Positions 37,401 through 48,903 of a DNA stretch of 64,000 nt are shown piece after piece; positions within the stretch are counted from its first letter, which is position 1, and every line of letters starts with the position of its first letter. A model generated the notes under the pieces. The model did not search any database. It saw only the letters and a program-made list of their open reading frames with translations, and had not been told where the DNA came from. The translations under genes were made by a program, and so were the position numbers. The DNA is from Haliotis rubra (taxonomy: Eukaryota): positions 1,426,001 through 1,490,000 of the forward strand of contig NW_025765647.1 in NCBI RefSeq assembly GCF_003918875.1, read 5' to 3'.

Positions 37401-38400
37401 CCATCCCTACTTCTCCTTCCATTCTCTATATTTACCTCTTCATCCTCCTTACCTTTTGTTCTCTATTCACCCTCTTTATTTCTCTTTCCGTTCTCTCTGC
37501 TTCACTTTTCACTCTCCCTATTTGTCCTTCCGTTTTCTCTACTTCTTTTTCACCCTTCCTACTTCTCGCAATTGCCTACACCTCTTCCCCCGCAATCCTT
37601 ACTTCTCCTTCCACTCTCTCTCCTTCCGCAATGACATATATGTCCATTCTTCTCCACCAACCCTCTCTAATTCAACTACATCTCTTCCATATTATCTACT
37701 TCCCTTTTCACTCTCCCTACTTCTCCATCCGTTCTATTTACTTCCTTTTTCACACGCCTTGCTTTTCCTTTTCTACATTCTTCCCTTTTCACTCTTCCTA
37801 CTTCTCCATCCCTTCTAGCTACTTCACTTTTCACCCTCTCTACTTCTCTCCGTTCTAGCTACTTCCCTTTTCACTCTCCTCACTTCTCCTGCCGTTCTAG
37901 CTACTTCCCTTTTCACACTCCTTGTTTCTCCTTCCGTTCTAGCTACTTCCCTCTTCATCTTCCTTACTTCTCCTTCCATTCTACCTACTTCCCTTTTCAC
38001 TTTCCACAATCCTTATTTCTGCCGCTTCCCCTTCCACTCATTCTCCTCCCTCTTCCTCCACAATCCTTACTTATCGTCCCCTTCTCGCTTCCTCCGCAAT
38101 CCTTACTTCCCCTTCCACTCTCTCTCCTCCCTCTTCCTCCACAATCCTTACTTATCGTCCCCCTCCCTCTTCCTGCGCAATCCTTACTTCCCCTTCCACT
38201 CTCTCTCCTTCCTTCTAGTTCCACTCTCTCACCTCCCTCTTCCTTCGCAATACTTACTTCACCTTCCACTCTTTCTCCTCCCTCTCCCTCCACATTGTCA
38301 CTTCCTTCGTCCATCCTGTATCTTCTTGACAGCCCCACCACTTTATTTTTCCATGAACTCAATTGTCAATTTACTTTCAATCCAATCCCCATCCTACTTA
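31500..38400. repeat. Alternating C/T-rich and G/T-rich low-complexity blocks
   Basis: CT blocks at ~32020-32690, 33415-33620, 34230-34640, 36120-36270 and 36790-38400, separated by GT blocks. Confidence 0.85.
37150..38000. repeat. 42-bp pyrimidine-rich minisatellite (2 x 21-bp subunits)
   Basis: ccctacttctccttccgt(a)ttctctacttcccttttcaccct recurring at ~42-bp spacing. Confidence 0.8.
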
Positions 38401-38411
38401 ACCGTCCATTG

Positions 38412-38543
38412 TCGGGGTGGTGTCTTAGCCTCATCATTCGTCATGCCGAAGACCTGGGTTCGATGGGTACAGTGTGTGAAACCCATTCTGGCGACATTGC
38501 CGGAAAATTGCCATAAGCAGCACAAAACAAAACTCACTCTCTC
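38412..38543 (+). mobile_element. Degenerate tRNA-derived SINE (family 1)
   Basis: cgtcatgccgaagacctgggttcga...gtgtgaaacccattctgg...aaactcactc; flanks tccattgtc / tccactgtc. Confidence 0.7.
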
Positions 38544-38763
38544 TATCCACTGTCTCTACATCCCAATTCTACCTCACTACATCCCTTGGTATTATATCCA
38601 TACTCCCCAAGCATTTATACGGTTTAGCAAAACAATACATTCAAAGGAAAAAACATGACAGTTTCATCAAAGCTTATTAAAGCATTCTCTATTACACTCA
38701 GTGATGGGAATATACTTTGTTAACTTAAAGTCTGTTTGGACAGGGCTCAGGCTAAAACGGGAA

Positions 38764-41700
38764 AATCTAGCTAGTGTAACAAGTTAACATTCTACAGGTA
38801 ATCTAGCGGGTTTAAGTTAACATTCTACAGGTAATCTAGCTGGTATAACAAGTTGACATTCTACAGGTAATCTAGCTGGTATAAGTTAACATTCTACAGG
38901 CAATCTAGCTGGTATAACAGGTTGACATTCTACAGGTACTCTAGCTAGCATAACAAGTTAACATTCTACAGGTAATCTAGCTGGTATAACAAGTTGACAT
39001 TCTACAGGTACTCTTGCTGGTATAACAAGTTAACATTCTACAGGTAATCTAGCTGGCATAAGTTAACATTCTACAGGTAATCTAGCTGGTATAACAAATT
39101 GACATTCTACGGGTAATCTAGCTGGTATAACAAGTTGACATTCTACAGGTAATCTAGCTGGTATAACAAGTTGACATTCTACAGGTAATCTAGCTGGTAT
39201 AACAAGTTGACATTCTACAGGTACTCTAGCTGGCATAAGTTAACATTCTACAGGTAATCTAGCTGGTATAACAAGTTGACATTCTACAGGTACTCCAGCT
39301 AGCATAACAAGTTAACATTCTACAGGTAATCTAGCTGGTATAACAAGTTGACATTCTACAGGTACTCTAGCTGGCATAAGTTAACATTCTACAGGTAATC
39401 TAGCTGGCAAAAGACAACATTCTACAGGTAATCTAGCTGGTATAACAAGTTGACATTCTACAGGTAATCTAGCTGGCATAAGTTAACATTCTACAGGTAA
39501 TCTAGCTGGTATAACAAGTTAACATTCTACAGACAATCTAGCTGGTATAACATGTTAACATTCTACAGGTAATCTAGCTGGCAAAAGACAACATTCTACA
39601 GGTAATCTAGCTGGTATAACAAGTTGACATTCTACAGGTAATCTAGCTGGCATCAGTTAACATTCTACAGGTAATCTAGCTGGTATAACAAGTTGACATT
39701 CTACAGGTACTCTTGCTGGTATAACAAGTTAACATTCTACAGTTAATCTAGCTGGCATAAGTTAACATTCTACAGGTAATCTAGCTGGTATAACAAATTG
39801 AAATTCTACAGGTAATCTAGCTGGTATAACAAGTTGACATTCTACAGGTAATCTAGCTGGTATAACAAGTTGACATTCTACAGGTAATCTAGCTGGTATA
39901 ACAAGTTGACATTCTACAGGTACTCTAGCTGGCATAAGTTAACATTCTACAGGTAATCTAGCTGGTATAACAAGTTGACATTCTACAGGTAATCTAGCTG
40001 GTATAACAAGTTGACATTCTACAGGTAATCTAGCTGGTATAACAAGTTGACATTCTACAGGTACTCTAGCTGGCATAAGTTAACATTCTACAGGTAATCT
40101 AGCTGGCAAAAGACAACATTCTACAGGTAATCTAGCTGGTATAACAAGTTGACATTCTACAGGTACTCTTGCTGGTATAACAAGTTAACATTCTACAGGT
40201 AATCTAGCTGGCATAAGTTAACATTCTACAGGTAATCTAGCTGGTATAACAAATTGACATTCTACAGGTAATCTAGCTGGTATAACAAGTTGACATTCTA
40301 CAGGTAATCTAGCTGGTATAACAAGTTGACATTCTACAGGTACTCTAGCTGGCATAAGTTAACATTCTACAGGTAATCTAGCTGGTATAACAAGTTGACA
40401 TTCTACAGGTAATCTAGCTGGTATACCAAGTTGACATTCTACAGGTACTCTAGCTGGCATAAGTTAACATTCTACAGGTAATCTAGCTGGCAAAAGACAA
40501 CATTCTACAGGTAATCTAGCTGGTATAACAAGTTGACATTCTACAGGTACTCTAGCTGGCATAAGTTAACATTCTACAGGTAATCTAGCTGGTATAACAA
40601 GTTGACATTCTACAGGTAATCTAGCTGGTATAACAAGTTGACATTCTACAGGTAATCTAGCTGGTATACCAAGTTGACATTCTACAGGTACTCTAGCTGG
40701 CATAAGTTAACATTCTACAGGTAATCTAGCTGGCAAAAGACAACATTCTACAGGTAATCTAGCTGGTATAACAAGTTGACATTCTACAGGTAATCTAGCG
40801 GGCATAAGTTAACATTCTACAGGTAATCTAGCTGGTATAACAAGTTAACATTCTACAGGTAATCTAGCTGGTATAACATGTTAACATTCTACAGGTAATC
40901 TAGCTGGCAAAAGACAACATTCTACAGGTAATCTAGCTGGTATAACAAGTTGACATTCTACAGGTAATCTAGCTGGCATCAGTTAACATTCTACAGTTAA
41001 TCTAGCTGGTATAACATGTTGGCATGCTACAGGTAATCTAGCTGGTATAACAAGTTGACATTCTACAGGTAATCTAGCCGGCATCAGTTAACATTCAACA
41101 GGTAATCTAGCTGGCATAAGTTAACATTCTACAGGTAATCTAGCTGGCAAAAGACAACATTCTACAGGTACTCTAGCTGGCATAAGTTAACATTCTACAG
41201 GTAATCTAGCTGGTATAACAAGTTGACATTCTACAGGTACTCTAGCTGGCATAAGTTAACATTCTACAGGTAATCTAGCTGGCAAAAGACAACATTCTAC
41301 AGGTAATCTAGCTGGTATAACAAGTTGACATTCTACAGGTAATCTAGCGGGCATAAGTTAACATTCTACAGGTAATCTAGCTGGTATAACAAGTTAACAT
41401 TCTACAGGTAATCTAGCTGGTATAACATGTTAACATTCTACAGGTAATCTAGCTGGCAAAAGACAACATTCTACAGGTAATCTAGCTGGTATAACAAGTT
41501 GACATTCTACAGGTAATCTAGCTGGCATCAGTTAACATTCTACAGTTAATCTAGCTGGTATAACATGTTGGCATGCTACAGGTAATCTAGCTGGTATAAC
41601 AAGTTGACATTCTACAGGTAATCTAGCCGGCATCAGTTAACATTCAACAGGTAATCTAGCTGGCATAAGTTAACATTCTACAGGTAATCTAGCTGGCAAA

Positions 41701-44700
41701 AGACAACATTCTACAGGTACTCTAGCTGGCATAAGTTAACATTCTACAGGTAATCTAGCTGGTATAACAAGTTAACATTCTACAGGTAATCTAGCTGGTA
41801 TAACATGTTAACATTCTACAGGTAATCTAGCTGGCAAAAGACAACATTCTACAGGTAATCTAGCTGGTATAACAAGTTGACATTCTACAGGTAATCTAGC
41901 TGGCATCAGTTAACATTCTACAGGTAATCTAGCTGGTATAACAAGTTAACATTCTACAGGTACTCTTGCTGGTATAACAAGTTAACATTCTACAGGTAAT
42001 CTAGCTGGCATAAGTTAACATTCTACAGGTAATCTAGCTGGTATAACAAATTGACATTCTACAGGTAATCTAGCTGGTATAACAAGTTGACATTCTACAG
42101 GTAATCTAGCTGGTATAACAAGTTGACATTCTACAGGTAATCTAGCTGGTATAACAAGTTGACATTCTACAGGTACTCTAGCTGGCATAAGTTAACATTC
42201 TACAGGTAATCTAGCTGGTATAACAAGTTGACATTCTACAGGTAATCTAGCTGGTATAACAAGTTGGCATTCTACAGGTAATCTAGCTGGTATAACAAGT
42301 TGACATTCTACAGGTACTCTAGCTGGCATAAGTTAACATTCTACAGGTAATCTAGCTGGCAAAGACAACATTCTACAGGTAATCTAGCTGGTATAACAAG
42401 TTGACATTCTACAGGTACTCTTGCTGGTATAACAAGTTAACATTCTACAGGTAATCTAGCTGGCATAAGTTAACATTCTACAGGTAATCTAGCTGGTATA
42501 ACAAATTGACATTCTACAGGTAATCTAGCTGGTATAACAAGTTGACATTCTACAGGTACTCTAGCTGGCATAAGTTAACATTCTACAGGTAATCTAGCTG
42601 GTATAACAAGTTGACATTCTACAGGTAATCTAGCTGGTATAACAAGTTGACATTCTACAGGTACTCTAGCTGGCATAAGTTAACATTCTACAGGTAATCT
42701 AGCTGGCAAAAGACAACATTCTACAGGTAATCTAGCTGGTATAACAAGTTGACATTCTACAGGTAATCTAGCGGGCATAAGTTAACATTCTACAGGTAAT
42801 CTAGCTGGTATAACAAGTTGACATTCTACAGGTAATCTAGCTGGTATAACAAGTTGACATTCTACAGGTAATCTAGCTGGTATAACAAGTTGACATTCTA
42901 CAGGTACTCTAGCTGGCATAAGTTAACATTCTACAGGTAATCTAGCTGGTATAACAAGTTGACATTCTACAGGTATTCTAGCTGGTATAACAAGTTGACA
43001 TTCTACAGGTAATCTAGCTGGTATAACAAGTTGACATTCTACAGGTACTCTAGCTGGCATAAGTTAACATTCTACAGGTAATCTAGCTGGCAAAAGACAA
43101 CATTCTACAGGTAATCTAGCTGGTATAACAAGTTGACATTCTACAGGTAATCTAGCGGGCATAAGTTAACATTCTACAGGTAATCTAGCTGGTATAACAA
43201 GTTAACATTCTACAGGTAATCTAGCTGGTATAACATGTTAACATTCTACAGGTAATCTAGCTGGCAAAAGACAACATTCTACAGGTAATCTAGCTGGTAT
43301 AACAAGTTAACATTCTACAGGTAATCTAGCTGGTATAACATGTTAACATTCTACAGGTAATCTAGCTGGCAAAAGACAACATTCTACAGGTAATCTAGCT
43401 GGTATAACAAGTTGACATTCTACAGGTAATCTAGCTGGCATCAGTTAACATTCTACAGGTAATCTAGCTGGTATAACAAGTTAACATTCTACAGGTACTC
43501 TTGCTGGTATAACAAGTTAACATTCTACAGGTAATCTAGCTGGCATAAGTTAACATTCTACAGGTAATCTAGCTGGTATAACAAATTGACATTCTACAGG
43601 TAATCTAGCTGGTATAACAAGTTGACATTCTACAGGTAATCTAGCTGGTATAACAAGTTGACATTCTACAGGTAATCTAGCTGGTATAACAAGTTGACAT
43701 TCTACAGGTACTCTAGCTGGCATAAGTTAACATTCTACAGGTAATCTAGCTGGTATAACAAGTTGACATTCTACAGGTAATCTAGCTGGTATAACAAGTT
43801 GGCATTCTACAGGTAATCTAGCTGGTATAACAAGTTGACATTCTACAGGTACTCTAGCTGGCATAAGTTAACATTCTACAGGTAATCTAGCTGGCAAAAG
43901 ACAACATTCTACAGGTAATATAGCTGGTATAACAAGTTGACATTCTACAGGTACTCTTGCTGGTATAACAAGTTAACATTCTACAGGTAATCTAGCTGGC
44001 ATAAGTTAACATTCTACAGGTAATCTAGCTGGTATAACAAATTGACATTCTACAGGTAATCTAGCTGGTATAACAAGTTGACATTCTACAGGTACTCTAG
44101 CTGGCATAAGTTAACATTCTACAGGTAATCTAGCTGGTATAACAAGTTGACATTCTACAGGTAATCTAGCTGGTATAACAAGTTGACATTCTACAGGTAC
44201 TCTAGCTGGCATAAGTTAACATTCTACAGGTAATCTAGCTGGCAAAAAGACAACATTCTACAGGTAATCTAGCTGGTATAACAAGTTGACATTCTACAGG
44301 TAATCTAGCGGGCATAAGTTAACATTCCCACAGGTAATCTAGCTGGTATAACAAGTTGACATTCTACAGGTAATCTAGCTGGTATAACAAGTTGACATTC
44401 TACAGGTAATCTAGCTGGTATAACAAGTTGACATTCTACAGGTACTCTAGCTGGCATAAGTTAACATCATTCTACAGGTAATCTTAGCTGGCAAAAGACA
44501 ACATTCTACAGGTAATCTAGCTGGTATAACAAGTTGACATTCTACAGGCAATCTAGCTGGGCATAAGTTAACATTCTACAGGTAATCTAGCTGGTATAAC
44601 AAGTTGACATTCTACAGGTAATCTAGCTGGTATAACAAGTTGACATTCTACAGGTAATCTAGCTGGTATAACAAGTTGACATTCTACAGGTACTCTAGCT

Positions 44701-46508
44701 GGCATAAGTTAACATTCTACAGGTAATCTAGCTGGTATAACAAGTTAACATTCTACAGGTAATCTAGCTGGTATAACATGTTAACATTCTACAGGTAATC
44801 TAGCTGGCAAAAGACAACATTCTACAGGTAATCTAGCTGGTATAACAAGTTGACATTCTACAGGTAATCTAGCTGGCATCAGTTAACATTCTACAGGTAA
44901 TCTAGCTGGTATAACATGTTGGCATGCTACAGGCAAACTAGCTGGTATAACAAGTTGACATTCTACAGGTAATCTAGCTGGCATCAGTTAACATTCAACA
45001 GGTAATCTAGCTGGCATAAGTTAACATTCTACAGGTAATCTAGCTGGTATAACAAGTTGACATTCTACAGGTAATCTAGCTGGTATAACAAGTTGACATT
45101 CTACAGGTAATCTAGCTGGTATAACAAGTTGACATTCTACAGGTACTCTAGCTGGCATAAGTCAACATTCTACAGGTAATCTAGCTGGCAAAAGACAACA
45201 ATCTACAGGTAATCTAGCTGGTATAACAAGTTAACATTCTACAGGTAATCTAGCTGGCATAAGTTAACATTCTACAGGTAATCTAGCTGGTATAACAAGT
45301 TGAAATTCTACAGGTAATCTAGCTGGCAAAAGACAACATTTTCTACAGGTAATCTAGCTGGTATAACAAGTTGACATTCTACAGGTAATCTAGCTGGTAT
45401 AACAATTTGACATTCTACAGGTAATCTAGCTGGTATAAGTTGACATTCTACAGGTAATCTAGCTGGTATAACAAGTTGACATTCTACAGGTAATCTAGCT
45501 GGCATAACAAGTTGACATTCTACAGGTAATCTAGCTGGCATAAGTTGACATTCTACAGGTAATCTAGCTGGTATAACAAGTTAACATTCTACAGGTAATC
45601 TAGCTGGTGTAACATGTTAACATTCTACAGGTAATCTAGCTGGCAAAAGACAACATTCTACAGGTAATCTAGCTGGTATAACAAGTTGACATTCTACAGG
45701 TAATCTAGCTGGCATAAGTTAACATTCTACAGGTAATCTAGCTGGTATAACAAGTTGACATTCTACAGGTAATCTAGCTGGCATAAGTTAACATTCTACA
45801 TGTAATCTAGCTGGTATAACAAGTTAACATTGTACAGGTAATCTAGCTGGTATAACAAGTTGACATTCTACAGGTAATCTAGCTGGTATAACAAGTTGAC
45901 ATTCTACAGGTAATCTAGCTGGTATAACAAGTTGACATTCTACAGGTAATCTAGCTGGCATAAAGTTAACATTCTACAGGTAATCTAGCTGGTATAAAAG
46001 TTGACATTCTACAGGTACTCTAGCTGGTATAACATGTTGGCATGCTACAGGTAATCTAGTTGGCATAAGTTAACATTCTACAGGTAATCTAGCTGGTATA
46101 ACAAGTTAACATTCTACAGGTAATCTAGCTGGCATAAGTTGACATTCTACAGGTAATCTAGCTGGTATAACAAGTTAACATTCTACAGGTAATCTAGCTG
46201 GTATAACATGTTAATATTCTACAGGTAATCTAGCTGGCAAAAGACAACATTCTACAGGTAATCTAGCTGGTATAACAAGTTGACATTCTACAGGTAATCT
46301 AGCTGGCATCAGTTAACATTCTACAGGTAATCTAGCTGGTATAACATGTTGGCATGCTACAGGTAATCTAGCTGGCATAAGTTAACATTCCACAGGTAAT
46401 CTAGCTGGTATAACAAGTTAACATTCTACAGGTAATCTAGCTGGTATAACAAGTTGACATTCTACAGGTAATCAAGGTGACATAACATTTTAACATCCTG
46501 TAGGTAAA
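38764..46508. repeat. 7.7 kb satellite array, roughly 220 monomers of 36 or 33 bp
   Basis: Constant core ACATTCTACAGGTAATCTAGCTGG followed by TATAACAAGTTG/A (36 bp), CATAAGTTA, CATCAGTTA or CAAAAGACA (33 bp). Confidence 0.98.
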
Positions 46509-48903
46509 TATTATGAAGCATCATTACATAGAAATCATTAGTTTGGACAGGTGAATTTCTTAAATTTTACCTCATCTAAAAGTGACAAAACAAAACAAAG
46601 CAAATCTAAGATGTAATTCACTTTATTCTTTATAACTTTTGCAAATACAGAAATTAAACATTTCTTAACAGTGAAAAATATCCACAAGGACGGAATGTAA
46701 CATTACTTGTAAAATATGGATGAAGGAATGTTAAGTAAACCGACAGGGAGGCTGTTGCCTCATTCTCAAAACCCTCAAACACACATACACCCTTACCCCA
46801 CAAAGGTAATTATACAGATAAATATCTAAAAACATAATATAAATATGTTATTGTATTACTAATTGTATTTTTCTCTTTCCAACAACTTACAAGACAGTAA
46901 TTGGTATTTTAAAGGCATCAAATCACATCACAATAACCAACTCTGATAAACACAGCATGATAGAGACAGACATAAGTTCATATTAATGGACAAGTTCTTC
47001 CTTCTCAATAACCTTTGGCCATCATATTTAATTAATGATATGTACAATTAAAAATTGAAAAGTGTGGATTTGTAGTTACAACATTCAAAACATGTCAATT
47101 CAGCGAATTTAGTTGTAAATTTAATTTCCATTAGATTTGGATTATCTCCTGAAAATAACTGATTTGATCCAAAGGTGAAAATATTTAACTCTTTTACAAC
47201 TTTGGTAAGAATTCTAGTGAGTTAAGTACTGGCACAAGGCAGCAAGCAACGCCTGGCTCCTGTACACCTGCCACAATCACCAGATAGTGGCATGAGGCAC
47301 TTACTGCAGGAATAGCGCTTTACCAAACGATCTTACACATACAGGAGAAAATCTGAGATAGGCACTCTTACATAAATGAAAGATGATATTAAACAGTCAA
47401 ATCTGGAGAGATCTGCAAAATTATAGTGAAACAGGCTGTCTTTTGATAGTGGATTTCTCTTTTTGTCAAAAAACAAAAGATTTTCTAAACGCTAGTTCAT
47501 CATGAAAGTTACAAAATATATGCAATTTTTCAGGTCCTCAAATGTCATCAAATGACTGTCAGTATTCAATAAATATCAACAAGAAGATACCAAACACCCT
47601 TTCAAAAGGCTACTAAAATATATCCTTCGAAATTGCTGGTATTCAGGTACAATGTATCTATAGTTTGGACAATATTTAGTATGTGTTTGTGTTTATCGTA
47701 TGAACATTCAGTACATTACAAATAACATGTTTCGCTGTCTACACATTTGTTTCATGAATAAATATTGGCCTCTCCGTTGTGATGAAAAATGTTATAGATC
47801 AGAATGATAAACGAAGTGTACATATTCTGAATTTTGAAAGATATCGAACAGGGCATTGAAGTATGTCAATTGAGCAATTACAGTTATGGACTGTTAAATA
47901 CATACTATAAATGCATGAGTCTCAAGCCAAAGTTGTGACAGTTGGCAGTTGGCCAATACAACTGACTTGTGTTTGCATGGAATGTCATGGAGAAAAGCAA
48001 TTCAATATAGAATGAGATGAAACAAGCACCACATATATGAAAACACCTTGATATTCAATCATATCAGAATTATATAGAGTCATTAGTGCAGTCAGAAAAC
48101 ATTGCAGTGGCAGATTAATACTTAGTGAAAGAAGGATAATACGAGGGAACAAGTAGAATTACATAATATTCGTAACACAAGCAAATATAGATTGAAAACC
48201 GTCCCCCAATAACAAAAAAAGATGACGTTCATTGGAAACGGAACATGGAAATGCATAACAAAATGCAAACTTGAGTCTGATGAACACCAGTGGGTTGAAC
48301 CTTAAGGCTCTATTCCCTAAAGAGCTATGGTGACAAACACTTTAACAGATTTACGACAGTTGAAGCACTACAATAGTTTTATGGACTGGGGCCTGGAGAC
48401 GGGATTCCAAGACCAAGGACACCATTCCATGAAGTGATCTGACTGCAACTTTTGTCGTAACTACATGTCAAAGTATGTGATGGCAACTCCAAATTAATTC
48501 AGACTGGTAATAAATTTGTGTATTTAATGCAAATTAAAAAATTTATGCTTGGAACCTATGCATATGACTTTGTTGGACCATACATTTAAGGTACCTGTGC
48601 ATATGGAGTTACTTCCCTTTCCCTACCAGTAACACAGCTTTGTGTTCAATGTTCTGATTGGTTGATCATCCTGGGAGATGATGATGATATCATAATGATT
48701 GATGATTATCCATGGTTAAATGTGAAGCGATAAGTGAGACATATGCCAATTCTTGAGCACAGGTTAAACTACCAAACACCCAAATCCTAAAAATAAAATT
48801 CCAATGTGAAAAACATGCTGTATACTACTTCCCAATATTAAGTAGATGCAAGTAATGACTTTCATTGTGTTGTACGATTATGATTCTTTGAAATCCTGGA
48901 CTG

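Noticed and set aside
27027-37858. Many hydrophobic F/V/L/C ORFs resembling membrane or mitochondrial proteins
   Set aside because: By-product of G/T bias; no recognisable mitochondrial motif and no consistent frame between repeat copies.
38764-46508. CRISPR-like look (24-bp constant core plus variable part)
   Set aside because: Variable parts are 9-12 bp drawn from a few recurring variants; eukaryotic context and no cas genes.
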